A stretch of 64,000 bases of DNA from Lachnospiraceae bacterium. GTDB lineage: Bacteria; Bacillota; Clostridia; Lachnospirales; Lachnospiraceae. The notes under the pieces were generated by a model, which was not told the DNA's origin, did not search any database, and saw only the letters and a program-made list of their open reading frames with translations. Location: assembly GCA_963649295.1 (NCBI GenBank), contig CAVJHK010000001.1:4636-68635 (forward strand). Reading direction: 5' to 3'. Every line of letters starts with the position of its first letter. Position 1 is the stretch's first letter. Of this stretch, positions 43,990 through 53,434 are shown piece by piece. Both the position numbers and the translations under genes were made by a program.

Positions 43990-45270
43990 TTATAAAAATT
44001 TGTCAAGCTCTGCTTTTACACGTTTGTTTACCTTAAATCGGGGATGCTCATAAAGTCTTCCCATACACATAACCGTATCGACTTCGGAAAGCGCCTTGAG
44101 GTCGGAAAGAGGATTTTTTTGTGTTACGATCATGTCTGCGGCTTTTCCGATTTCAAGCGTTCCGGTTATGTCACCGATTCCTGCGGTTACTGCTGCCTGC
44201 CCCGTTGCCGCATATATTGCGTCTGCGGTGCTTACACCGACAAATTTGCGGAAATAATAAAGCTCACGCCAAAAATCGTATTGGGTGATCCAGGGGCATC
44301 CGACATCGTTTCCGAGCACAATCGGAATGCCGTTTTTGACGGCGGCTTTTGCACAATTTATAATGCCCTCAAATACAACATTCCCGTTATATTGCTCCAC
44401 TTCGCTCGCATTTGAAACCGAACGGTCAAAAAGAGCATAGGGAAGAGCGGGAGAAATTGTTGTGCAAAGGGCGGCATTATTTTTTTTGAATAACGAAATT
44501 ATCTCATCGTCGGGAGCGGCACCGTGCTCAATCGAATCCACTCCGTTTAAAAGCGCAAGCCGTACGCCTTCGGGTGATTCGACGTGAGCCGCAACCTTGT
44601 AACCGAGAGCATGTGCTTTTTCTGTAACGGCCTTTATCATTTCGGGCGGCATTTTGAGCTCGCCCGGAACTCCCTTTTCTTTTGCGTCAAGGACACCGCC
44701 GGTAATCATGAGCTTTATTAAGTCAACTTTTTCTTTGGCGGATTTTTCGACTTGCGACAGGGCCATATCAACATTTTCACAGGCTACGGCAACTGAGCCC
44801 GCCATATGACCGTGTGGAACCGAAATTCCCATATTGCTTGCAAGAATTCTGGGACCTTGTTTTTTGCCTTCTTTTATTTCGTCTCGAAGGCGCGTGTCAA
44901 AATCGCCGAGACCTCCCACGGTTCTTATTGTCGTAACGCCGCTCATAAGCTCGGTTTTTGCAAAAGATGCGACAACATTGTAAGCTATCGCGCGTGAAAG
45001 AGCGGTGCCCATAAGCACTTTTACAAGCTTTTCGTTGTCACGCTGCTTTTTTTGCGGCTTTCCGTTTCCTGCAAGATGAACGTGCATATTTATGAGCCCG
45101 GGAAGCAGATATTTTCCGTTTAAATTTATTGTGACGGCATCCTTTGGTATATGTCCGCCCGGGAAAATGTCTTCGATTTTGTCATTGTTTGTAACAAGTG
45201 TATAATTTTCTTTGACGGTCATGTTTTTTGTGCCGTCGATGATATTTGCACCGGTAAAAGCGTATTTCAT
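43990..45270 (-). CDS. amidohydrolase-family metallohydrolase
   Basis: LINMHVHL (HxH) metal site and overall amidohydrolase pattern. ATG 45270 follows AAAGGAG. Confidence 0.8.
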   Translation of the reverse strand: MKYAFTGANIIDGTKNMTVKENYTLVTNNDKIEDIFPGGHIPKDAVTINLNGKYLLPGLINMHVHLAGNGKPQKKQRDNEKLVKVLMGTALSRAIAYNVVASFAKTELMSGVTTIRTVGGLGDFDTRLRDEIKEGKKQGPRILASNMGISVPHGHMAGSVAVACENVDMALSQVEKSAKEKVDLIKLMITGGVLDAKEKGVPGELKMPPEMIKAVTEKAHALGYKVAAHVESPEGVRLALLNGVDSIEHGAAPDDEIISLFKKNNAALCTTISPALPYALFDRSVSNASEVEQYNGNVVFEGIINCAKAAVKNGIPIVLGNDVGCPWITQYDFWRELYYFRKFVGVSTADAIYAATGQAAVTAGIGDITGTLEIGKAADMIVTQKNPLSDLKALSEVDTVMCMGRLYEHPRFKVNKRVKAELDKFL

Positions 45271-45431
45271 GGTATACTCCTTTCGCAGAGCGGATTTTGT
45301 TATAACAGCGTATGCTTGAATCGGCATATTGCTTATTAGGTCATTTTTAAACCCAAATAAGAAAAAAGTCAATAATTGCTTGAGTGTTTTTGTATGAGTG
45401 GTATAATCGAAAAAAAACAGGAGGCATATTA

Positions 45432-45755
45432 ATGTATAAAAATATCGAAAAGCACCAAAAAATTTTATTGAAAAATCAGGTTGATTATGCCGAGGGACAG
45501 GTAATCAGCAAAACGCTTGTTCAGAACGATGCGGTCAGCATGACGATCTTTTCGTTTGACAAGGGAGAGGAAATTTCAACGCATGCGGCAGCGGGTGACG
45601 CAATGGTCACCGTGCTTGAAGGAAAAGGCCGCTTTACCGTAGGCGGTGAGGTGTTTTATCTTGAGGCTGGTGAAACTCTCATTATGCCCAAGGACATCCC
45701 TCATGCTGTATACGGAGAAGAAAGATTTAAGATGCAGCTTATCGTGTCATATTGA
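45432..45755 (+). CDS. cupin-domain protein
   Basis: Cupin_2 pattern ISTHAAAGDAMVTVLEGKG...LEAGETLIMPKDIPHAV. ATG follows AGGAGG. Confidence 0.75.
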   Translation: MYKNIEKHQKILLKNQVDYAEGQVISKTLVQNDAVSMTIFSFDKGEEISTHAAAGDAMVTVLEGKGRFTVGGEVFYLEAGETLIMPKDIPHAVYGEERFKMQLIVSY

Positions 45756-45788
45756 TAAAATTTTGACCTTGGCAGGAAAATTTTTACA

Positions 45789-45819
45789 GGAGCCGGCGAT
45801 GGTCGGCTCCTTATTTTTC
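45789..45819 (+). terminator. rho-independent terminator
   Basis: ggagccg ... cggctcc stem followed by TTATTTTT. Confidence 0.65.
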
Positions 45820-45877
45820 TGTTTGTGAGATTTTTAAATATAGACATGTTGGTTTAAATAATGGGGAGATTTTTGTT

Positions 45878-46954
45878 ATGCGTAAATTTTTGCTTGTTTT
45901 TTTGTGGCTTGGATTTTTTTGCTGTATGGTTACGGGATGCGGTAAAACGAAAAAAACGGATTGCAAAGCGGAAAATATGATTTCGTTGACGCAGGTGCCT
46001 GTGCGGGACATTACGCCCGCTCCGACATTTACATGTGCTCCCACACCCACACCCGTTCTTACGGATTATCTGTTTGTTTATTTTACGGGAAACGGAAAGG
46101 GGCAGGAAGCGATTACGATGGCGGTAAGTCATGATGCGCTTTCATGGAAAACGTTAAACAACAAAAAGCCGGTTATTACGTCAGCGCTTGGGACGGGCGG
46201 ATTGCGTGACCCTTTTATAATAAGGGCACACGACGGAAAAAAGTTTTATTTGCTTGCGACGGATTTATGTATTGCCGAAAGCGAAGACTGGTGGAAAGCT
46301 CAATATGCCGGCAGCAAAAGCATTATGATTTGGGAGTCGGAGGATTTGGTCAACTGGTCCGACGAACGTGAAGTAAAGATAAATTCCGACAATGCCGGAT
46401 GCACATGGGCACCGGAAGCTTTTTATGATGCAGAAAACGAAAATTATATCGTATTTTTTTCGTCAAGAGTATCGGATGACAATTACGCAAGGCAAAGAGT
46501 TTATTATTGTACGACGACGGATTTTAAAGAATTTGGTGCTCCCGTGCTTTGGATTGATTATGGTTACGACACGATTGACACAACCGTAATCCGGGACGGG
46601 GATATGTATTACCGTTTTACAAAGCTTGAAAAGGATTCGAAAATTATTTTGGAAAAATGCGATACGCTTCTCGGAACCTGGGAAAGAGTGGAATCGGAAA
46701 GCCTGTATGCACAAACGGGCGTTGAGGGTCCGTGCTGCTTTAAGTTTAACGATGATGATGTCACGGATAACCAAAAGTTTGGTTTGCTCCTTGATAACTA
46801 CGGCGGAAACGGATATTATATGCTGACGTGTGAGGATCTTCTTACGGGAATATTCAATAAAAAAATGGGATATTCGTTGCCGAAACCAGCACCGCGTCAC
46901 GGAACCGTAATCGGCATTACGGCGGAAGAATACGAAGCACTTCTCGGAAATTGA
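45878..46954 (+). CDS. GH43-family glycoside hydrolase lipoprotein
   Basis: Lipoprotein signal with lipobox (MVTGC). GLRDPFIIRAHDGKKFYLLATD and WAPEAFYD are typical of GH43 five-bladed propellers. Confidence 0.75.
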   Translation: MRKFLLVFLWLGFFCCMVTGCGKTKKTDCKAENMISLTQVPVRDITPAPTFTCAPTPTPVLTDYLFVYFTGNGKGQEAITMAVSHDALSWKTLNNKKPVITSALGTGGLRDPFIIRAHDGKKFYLLATDLCIAESEDWWKAQYAGSKSIMIWESEDLVNWSDEREVKINSDNAGCTWAPEAFYDAENENYIVFFSSRVSDDNYARQRVYYCTTTDFKEFGAPVLWIDYGYDTIDTTVIRDGDMYYRFTKLEKDSKIILEKCDTLLGTWERVESESLYAQTGVEGPCCFKFNDDDVTDNQKFGLLLDNYGGNGYYMLTCEDLLTGIFNKKMGYSLPKPAPRHGTVIGITAEEYEALLGN

Positions 46955-47067
46955 ATACGGGGATGTGAAAAATACACGGATATTGGTTGAAATTTACGTG
47001 AGCCTGCTCTATAATGCGGTTAAATTTGGTGGGATGTTGGGGGCGATATTCAAAAAAGGAGCTTTAT

Positions 47068-47709
47068 ATGTGGGAAGCCATGATTTTTGACCTTGACGGC
47101 ACTCTCCTTAATACTCTTTCGGATCTTACTGACGCGATAAATCATACGCTTAAAAATTATGGTTATCCCGGGCATACGACTGCGAAAGTAAGGGGATTTG
47201 TCGGAAACGGACTTAGGATGCTTGCAAGAAGAGCATTGCCGGTTACTCTTTCGGATTCTGATGAGAATGAATTTTACCGCGATTTTGTGGATTTTTATCA
47301 TAATCATGCGTGTGAAAAAACCTTGCCGTATGAAGGCGCCTGTGATACAATAAAGCTTTTGTCGGAAAACGGCATAAAAATCGCGGTTGTCACAAATAAA
47401 GCGGAAGACGTGAGCAAAAACCTCATAAAGACGTTTTTTGGAGATTATATTCATGTTGTTGTGGGAGCAAAAGGTTCTCGCCCCAAGAAACCGGATCCCG
47501 CAGGCATAAACGAAGCACTCGGATTACTTAAGGTAACCGACAAATCAAAGGTTCTTTATGTCGGCGATTCGGACGTTGACGCTTATACTGCCGAAAATGC
47601 GGGATTAAAATACGCACTTTGTCTGTGGGGCTTTAGGACAAGGGAACAGCTTCAAAATTTTTCGCCGGTTAAATTTTTGGATAAATTTGACGAATTGTTA
47701 AATATATGA
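47068..47709 (+). CDS. HAD-IA hydrolase (phosphoglycolate phosphatase-like)
   Basis: Motifs IFDLDGTL, VTNK and GDSDVD. Confidence 0.8.
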   Translation: MWEAMIFDLDGTLLNTLSDLTDAINHTLKNYGYPGHTTAKVRGFVGNGLRMLARRALPVTLSDSDENEFYRDFVDFYHNHACEKTLPYEGACDTIKLLSENGIKIAVVTNKAEDVSKNLIKTFFGDYIHVVVGAKGSRPKKPDPAGINEALGLLKVTDKSKVLYVGDSDVDAYTAENAGLKYALCLWGFRTREQLQNFSPVKFLDKFDELLNI

Positions 47710-47865
47710 CATTGCGGATGAATTATTAAAAAAGCAACATGAATTAAAAATGTGACATGAGACAGACTCATGTTGCACCGGATAAGTCAAAAACTTTTAT
47801 GGCATATTTTTGTTTTTTTTCATAAAAGTTTTGATATATATTTTTTTAAAGGAGAAATGAAGGAA

Positions 47866-48297
47866 ATGAAGAAATTTAAAAAGTCGCTTGCGGCATTACT
47901 TATCGCTGTAACGGTTGTTATGTGCGCGGCATGCGGATCCGCAAATACGGTTTCACAGGAAGGACTTTGGGAGACGGCAACGTACCTTAAGGATACCGAA
48001 ATCGGTAAAGGCGCTATAACGCTCACCGCAAAGGTTGTTGCGGGAGAGGAAGAGATTACGTTTACCGTTCACACGGACAAAAAGACCGTTGGTGAGGCAC
48101 TTCTTGAAGCAGGTCTTGTTTCGGGCGATGAAACGGCATACGGACTTTATGTTAAGGTTGTAAACGGAATCACGGCCGATTATGATGTTGACCAAAGCTA
48201 TTGGGCATTTTATATTGACGGCGAATATGCCATGACAGGCGTGGATTCAACGGATATTGTCGAAGGAACAGTATACAGTCTTGAGTACACAAAATAA
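47866..48297 (+). CDS. DUF4430-type lipoprotein
   Basis: Signal peptide with lipobox (MCAACGS). The C-terminal pattern YWAFYIDGEYAMTGVDSTDIVEGTVYSLEY fits DUF4430. Confidence 0.65.
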   Translation: MKKFKKSLAALLIAVTVVMCAACGSANTVSQEGLWETATYLKDTEIGKGAITLTAKVVAGEEEITFTVHTDKKTVGEALLEAGLVSGDETAYGLYVKVVNGITADYDVDQSYWAFYIDGEYAMTGVDSTDIVEGTVYSLEYTK

Positions 48298-48826
48298 AAG
48301 GAAAATAACTGCCTTCGAAATCGCCGTATATCCGATGCTTGGCGCACTTATGTTTTGCTCCAAAATTATGCTTGAATTTTTGCCGAACATTCATTTGCTC
48401 GGCATGTTTACGATGGCATATACGCTTGCATTTGGAATAAGGGCGCTTATTCCCATATATATTTATATATTCATAAACGGAATTTATGCGGGATTTAATA
48501 TGTGGTGGTATCCTTACCTTTATTTATGGACGATTTTGTGGGGAGTGACAATGCTTCTTCCAAAAAACATGCCGGATAAAAAGGCAAGGATCCTTTACCC
48601 GATTGTGTGTAGCTTACACGGACTTTTGTTTGGGACGCTTTATGCGCCCGCACAGGCTGTTATGTTTCATTTGGGCTTTAAAGGAATGATAGCGTGGATT
48701 ATTGCGGGGCTTCCGTGGGATGCGGTTCATGCTGTGGGAAATCTGGCGGCGGGATGTTTGGTTCTTCCTGTTTCGAAGCTCCTAAAAAAGCTTATGCGCG
48801 AAAGAGGAATTCCGGACAGACAGTAA
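48257..48826 (+). CDS. polytopic membrane protein (possible ECF-type substrate-capture component)
   Basis: About six hydrophobic helices, adjacent to the DUF4430 gene. The start is uncertain because the ORF overlaps the upstream gene by 41 nt. Confidence 0.45.
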   Translation: MSKEQYTVLSTQNKRKITAFEIAVYPMLGALMFCSKIMLEFLPNIHLLGMFTMAYTLAFGIRALIPIYIYIFINGIYAGFNMWWYPYLYLWTILWGVTMLLPKNMPDKKARILYPIVCSLHGLLFGTLYAPAQAVMFHLGFKGMIAWIIAGLPWDAVHAVGNLAAGCLVLPVSKLLKKLMRERGIPDRQ

Positions 48827-48881
48827 AAACCTTTTGTAATTGGTATGCAATATGACGTATGCAATATAACATATGCAATAT

Positions 48882-48913
48882 AAAAAAGGCTGTGAGAAGT
48901 CACAGCCTTTTTT
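48882..48913. terminator. bidirectional terminator
   Basis: AAAAAA, then the stem ggctgtga gaag tcacagcc, then TTTTTT. Confidence 0.85.
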
Positions 48914-48926
48914 GTTGTTTTGTGGG

Positions 48927-49529
48927 TCAATTCTTCGAATCCTTATTTTTTAAAAAGGGAAGAAGTGCCGGTGCCTTTATGATGAGCGAAGCGCCGATCA
49001 TTGTGAGGATCATTTCGGGGAGCATGTATGCGCCGTTGTAGATGAGCGAATAAAGGAGCGGATTGTCTGTTGTAAAGCCTTCCCAAAGCTCACCGACCGA
49101 CTGCCAGATGATGACACCGCTCAAATAGTGGCATAAGAATCTCAAAGTGACGGCGATTGCGATTCCTGCGATCCAGCCGAGCACATCGTTGTTTTTGATG
49201 CCCTTGCGGAAGATTCCCGCAAGTCCGAGTACGGTGAAAGCAAGGATATAATCCATTAGGATGCAGGCGATAAGCATGCCCGGCGTGAGTCCCCAGCCGA
49301 AAAGTCCGTCGATTACGCCCTGCATAAATTGCAAAAGCGAATAGGTGAACGATACAAGAAGTCCCGGCTTCACACCGTGTCTTATCGAAAAGATGACAAT
49401 CGGCACCATAGAGAATAACGTAATCGATCCGCCGACAGGGAGCTTGAACACCCTGACATAGCTCAGTGCGGTTGCGAGCGCAATCATGAGCGCGCCTTCA
49501 ACCAGAATAAAAGTTTTTTTGTCTTGCAT
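48927..49529 (-). CDS. thiT: thiamine ECF-transporter S component ThiT
   Basis: Six-TM protein with the FKLPVGGSITLFSMVPIVIFSIRHG pattern. A TPP riboswitch lies directly upstream. Confidence 0.8.
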   Translation of the reverse strand: MQDKKTFILVEGALMIALATALSYVRVFKLPVGGSITLFSMVPIVIFSIRHGVKPGLLVSFTYSLLQFMQGVIDGLFGWGLTPGMLIACILMDYILAFTVLGLAGIFRKGIKNNDVLGWIAGIAIAVTLRFLCHYLSGVIIWQSVGELWEGFTTDNPLLYSLIYNGAYMLPEMILTMIGASLIIKAPALLPFLKNKDSKN

Positions 49530-49535
49530 AAAAAA

Positions 49536-49662
49536 ATCCTCCTTACACATATGTACGGGAGGTATGAAATAAAGCTTCCTTACGCCGGCATTATCCGGGT
49601 CAAGTAATAAGGGTCGGCGGAAAAATTCCGCCTCTCAGCGTTTTAGCGCCCCTAGCACATAT
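49536..49662 (-). ncRNA. TPP (THI-box) riboswitch with SD-sequestering platform
   Basis: The minus strand reads ..CUAGGGGCGC..GCUGAGAGGCGG..CCGCCGACCC..GACCCGGAUAAUGCCGGCGUAAGGAAGC.. and matches the conserved CUGAGA / ACCC / GGAUAAUGCC.GCG motifs. A downstream CCUCCC can pair with the AGGAGG SD. Confidence 0.9.
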
Positions 49663-49951
49663 GCGATATAAAATTATTTTTGACAGAAATTTGATTTTAA
49701 GAAAATCCGGTCATATGTGACCGATGGCCTAAAAAACATGACCGATTAGCCAAAACAAAAATCTTGTCGGGAGTGAATATACCACAAATTGTTTTGTTGT
49801 CAAGAGATATTTTTCTTTTTTCTTGCGTAATTATGTGATTTGTACTAAAATCGTTACTATTCACTTGGACATTCGCTTAAAAAAATATATCAACAATAAA
49901 ATATATCAATAACAAAGTATATCAATAATACGAAAGCAGAGGAAATATAAA

Positions 49952-52375
49952 ATGGTACGTGAATACGATCCGAAAACAATTGAACCCAAATGGCAAAAAT
50001 ACTGGGCGGCAAACGATACGTTCAAAACCGACGTATGGGATTTTTCAAAGCCCAAATTTTATGCACTCGATATGTTCCCGTATCCGTCGGGAGTCGGCCT
50101 TCATGCGGGACATCCCGAAGGCTATACCGCAACGGACATAATTTCGAGAATGAAGAGAATGCAGGGCTACAATGTCCTTCACCCGATGGGCTACGATTCG
50201 TTCGGACTTCCGGCAGAGCAGTATGCCGTAAACACGGGCAACAATCCCAACGGCTTTACTCAAAAAAATATCGAAACCTTTTCGAAGCAGTTAAGGGAAC
50301 TCGGCTTTGATTATGACTGGCACAGATGCATAGCAACCTCCGACCCTGCGTTTTACAAGTGGACACAGTGGATTTTTAAGCGGCTTTATCTTGCAGGATA
50401 CGCAAAATATGTCGATATGCCCGTAAACTGGTGTGAAGAGCTCGGCACAGTTCTTTCCAACGACGAAGTAATCGACGGAAAGTCGGAGCGCGGCGGCTTC
50501 CCCGTAGTCAGAAAAAATATGAAGCAATGGGTAATCGACCAGGCGGCTTTTGCGGAAGAGCTTCTGGAAGGACTTGACGAAATCGACTGGCCCGAATCCA
50601 CAAAGGATATGCAGCGCCACTGGATAGGAAAATCCGAAGGTGTTGAAGTAAAATTTAAGATCGTCGGCGGCGGTGAATTTTCGATTTTTACAACCTGTAT
50701 CGAAACAATTTATGGAATCACGTTTATGGTGCTTGCGCCCGACGGGCAAATCGTAAAGGATTTGATGCCGAGGATCGAAAATAAAGAAGAAGTGGAAGCT
50801 TATATCGCCGAAACCCTAAAGAAAAACGATATGGACCGCACGGAGTTAAATAAAGGCAAAACCGGCTGTCCTTTAAAGGGAATTAAGGCAGTCAATCCGA
50901 TAAACGGACGCGAAGTGGATCTCTATATCGGTGACTTTGTTCTTGCAAGCTATGGAACAGGTGCGGTTATGGCTGTTCCGTCTCACGACCAGAGAGACTT
51001 TGAATATGCTATTGCACACAATATTCCGATGATTCAGGTTATCGAAGGTCGTGATACAACGGAATCCGCCTTTGAAAAATATGATTATCTCGGGAAAGGC
51101 TGCCGTCTAATAAATTCCGAAGAATTTACGGGACTTACCGTTGAAGAAGCAAAGGAACAGATTACAAAGAAGCTTTGTGACATGGGTGTTGCAAAGCGTG
51201 TGACAAATTATCACTTCCGTGAATGGATTTTTGCGCGCCAAAGATATTGGGGCGAGCCTGTTCCGATCGTATATACCGAAAACGGAGAAATACACGTTCT
51301 TGACGATGACGAACTTCCGCTTGTATTGCCCGAGCTCAAGGACTATAAGGGCAAAAACGGCAAGGCACCGCTGGAAAATGCCGTTGAATGGAAAAAGTAT
51401 GACCATAACGGCATAAAGGGAACAAGAGAAACCTCCACAATGCCGGGCTCTGCGGGATCAAGCTGGTATTATTTCAGATATATCGATCCCGATAACGATA
51501 AGGAATTTTGCGATCCCGCTCTTGCCGCGCATTGGCTTCCCGTTGACCTCTACATAGGCGGACCCGAGCATGCCGTGGGACATCTTATGTATTCGCGTAT
51601 ATGGAACAGATTTCTTTATGATACGGGACTTTCTCCCGTAAAGGAACCTTTCAAAAAGCTTGTTCACCAGGGAATGATACTCGGCTCAAACGGCATCAAG
51701 ATGGGAAAGCGTTTCCCCGAATTTGTCGTAAATCCGAGCGACATTGTTGACAAGTACGGTGCGGATACATTGAGACTCTACGAAATGTTTATGGGAGCGC
51801 TTGAGGTTTCAAAGCCTTGGAGCGACGAAGGCGTTGCGGGTGCAAGAAGATTTTTGAACCGTGTATGGACGTTCTTTACGGACGAAAAGAACATTACGGA
51901 CGGTGAAAACAACAATCTCAAAAAGGTTTATCATCAAACCGTCAAGAAGGTTACGTCGGATTATGAGACGCTCGGCTTTAATACGGCAATCAGCCAGCTC
52001 ATGATTTTTGTGAATGCCGTAACACGTGAAGGCACATGCCCCAAAGCTTATGCCGAAGGCTTTGTAAAGATGCTTTCGTGCGTCTGCCCTCATATCGGTG
52101 AGGAGCTCTGGGAAATGCTTGGCCACAATTGTTCGATTGCATACGAAAAATGGCCCGAATTTGATCCGGAAGCTCTTGTTGAAAACGAAATCACAATCGG
52201 TGTACAGGTAAACGGAAAGCTTCGCGGAACGGTTATGCTTTCCGTTAACGAAGATTCCGAGAGCGCGCTTAAGAAAGCCAAAGCACTTGATTCCGTAAAG
52301 ACATTTGTTGAAGGAAAAACAATCGTAAAAGAAATTTATGTTAAGGGAAGAATCGTAAATATCGTTGTAAAGTAA
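49952..52375 (+). CDS. leuS: leucyl-tRNA synthetase
   Basis: 807 aa. HAGHPEGYT (HIGH-type), [14 protein letters not shown] and overall LeuS pattern. Confidence 0.95.
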   Translation: MVREYDPKTIEPKWQKYWAANDTFKTDVWDFSKPKFYALDMFPYPSGVGLHAGHPEGYTATDIISRMKRMQGYNVLHPMGYDSFGLPAEQYAVNTGNNPNGFTQKNIETFSKQLRELGFDYDWHRCIATSDPAFYKWTQWIFKRLYLAGYAKYVDMPVNWCEELGTVLSNDEVIDGKSERGGFPVVRKNMKQWVIDQAAFAEELLEGLDEIDWPESTKDMQRHWIGKSEGVEVKFKIVGGGEFSIFTTCIETIYGITFMVLAPDGQIVKDLMPRIENKEEVEAYIAETLKKNDMDRTELNKGKTGCPLKGIKAVNPINGREVDLYIGDFVLASYGTGAVMAVPSHDQRDFEYAIAHNIPMIQVIEGRDTTESAFEKYDYLGKGCRLINSEEFTGLTVEEAKEQITKKLCDMGVAKRVTNYHFREWIFARQRYWGEPVPIVYTENGEIHVLDDDELPLVLPELKDYKGKNGKAPLENAVEWKKYDHNGIKGTRETSTMPGSAGSSWYYFRYIDPDNDKEFCDPALAAHWLPVDLYIGGPEHAVGHLMYSRIWNRFLYDTGLSPVKEPFKKLVHQGMILGSNGIKMGKRFPEFVVNPSDIVDKYGADTLRLYEMFMGALEVSKPWSDEGVAGARRFLNRVWTFFTDEKNITDGENNNLKKVYHQTVKKVTSDYETLGFNTAISQLMIFVNAVTREGTCPKAYAEGFVKMLSCVCPHIGEELWEMLGHNCSIAYEKWPEFDPEALVENEITIGVQVNGKLRGTVMLSVNEDSESALKKAKALDSVKTFVEGKTIVKEIYVKGRIVNIVVK

Positions 52376-52388
52376 GCGGAGGAGAGTT

Positions 52389-53231
52389 ATGTTACTCGGT
52401 TCGCATGTGGGAATCGGCGGCAGGGAAATGTTATTCGGTTCCGTCAAGGAAGCTGTTTCTTATAGAGCTGACACATTTATGGTTTATACGGGAGCACCGC
52501 AAAATACGATACGTCGTGACATATCGGAAATGAAAATCCCGGAAGCGCATGAGTTTATGCATGCAAACGGAATAGAGAGATTTGTTGTTCATGCGCCTTA
52601 TATCATAAATCTTGCAAATACAATAAATCCCGAAATATTTAAGCTTGGAATTGACTTTTTGGCAAAAGAAATTGAGCGCTCGATTGCAATGGGCGCAGAA
52701 ACAATTATTCTGCATCCGGGCGCCCACGTGGGAGCGGGAGCGGACGCAGGGATAAAAAGCATTGCGGACGGCTTAAATAAAGTTTTATATAAGGATATGC
52801 CGCTTACCGTATCGCTTGAAACGATGGCGGGAAAAGGCACGGAAATCGGCAGGAATTTTGAGGAACTTGTACGCATCCTTGACCTTGTAAATATCCCCGA
52901 CAAAATCCGGATCTGCTTTGACACATGCCATACGTTTGATGCGGGATATGACATCAAAAACGATTTTTCGGGCGTAATGACCAAATTCGATAAGATAATC
53001 GGAAAAGAAAAAATATCCGTTTTTCATATCAATGACAGCAAAAATGAGCTCGGAAGCAGAAAGGACCGTCACGCAAATATAGGAAAGGGCAGCATAGGTT
53101 TTGATGCGCTTTTTGATATTGTGCACACAAAAGACTTTGAAAATGTCCCCAAAATCCTTGAAACACCCTATATAGACAAGGTTCCGCCATACAGGGAAGA
53201 AATTGTAATGCTGCGTGGAGGAACCGCTTGA
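52389..53231 (+). CDS. nfo: endonuclease IV
   Basis: 280 aa TIM-barrel AP endonuclease pattern (GSHV.., [33 protein letters not shown]). Confidence 0.9.
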   Translation: MLLGSHVGIGGREMLFGSVKEAVSYRADTFMVYTGAPQNTIRRDISEMKIPEAHEFMHANGIERFVVHAPYIINLANTINPEIFKLGIDFLAKEIERSIAMGAETIILHPGAHVGAGADAGIKSIADGLNKVLYKDMPLTVSLETMAGKGTEIGRNFEELVRILDLVNIPDKIRICFDTCHTFDAGYDIKNDFSGVMTKFDKIIGKEKISVFHINDSKNELGSRKDRHANIGKGSIGFDALFDIVHTKDFENVPKILETPYIDKVPPYREEIVMLRGGTA

Positions 53232-53256
53232 CAACTTAAAAAAATCTTTATATAAT
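53228..53256 (+). promoter_or_regulatory. consensus sigma-A promoter (TTGACA-17-TATAAT) for SRP RNA
   Basis: TTGACA at 53228-53233 overlaps the nfo stop codon. TATAAT lies at 53251-53256, a 17-nt spacing. Confidence 0.75.
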
Positions 53257-53262
53257 CGCACA

Positions 53263-53367
53263 CATAGCCTCGGTCTTGCGAAGCAATGCACTCGAACCGT
53301 GTCAGGTCAGGAATGAAGCAGCACTAAGAGTCGCCTCTTGTTTGTCGCAAGGTAGCCGGGGCTTTTT
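53263..53367 (+). ncRNA. ffs: signal recognition particle RNA (small/4.5S type)
   Basis: Conserved domain IV sequence GUCAGGUCAGGAAUGAAGCAGC at 53300-53322. The flanks (gcctcggtcttgcga / tcgcaaggtagccgggg) pair to form the long helix, and the RNA ends in a T-run. Confidence 0.8.
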
Positions 53368-53434
53368 GTTGTAATAATTGCACAAAAATGGTACAATCAC
53401 ATTTAAAGCATAAAAAAAGAGGGACAATGAAAAA

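Noticed and set aside
49885-49932. DnaA-box cluster / replication origin
   Set aside because: The TATATCAAC/TATATCAAT units match the TTATCCACA consensus only partially, and there is no dnaA/dnaN context or AT-rich unwinding element arrangement.
49690-49951. T-box leader upstream of leuS
   Set aside because: I could not find the conserved T-box core (AANNNGGGTGGTACCGCG-like) or a specifier/terminator arrangement by eye. A covariance-model scan is still advisable.
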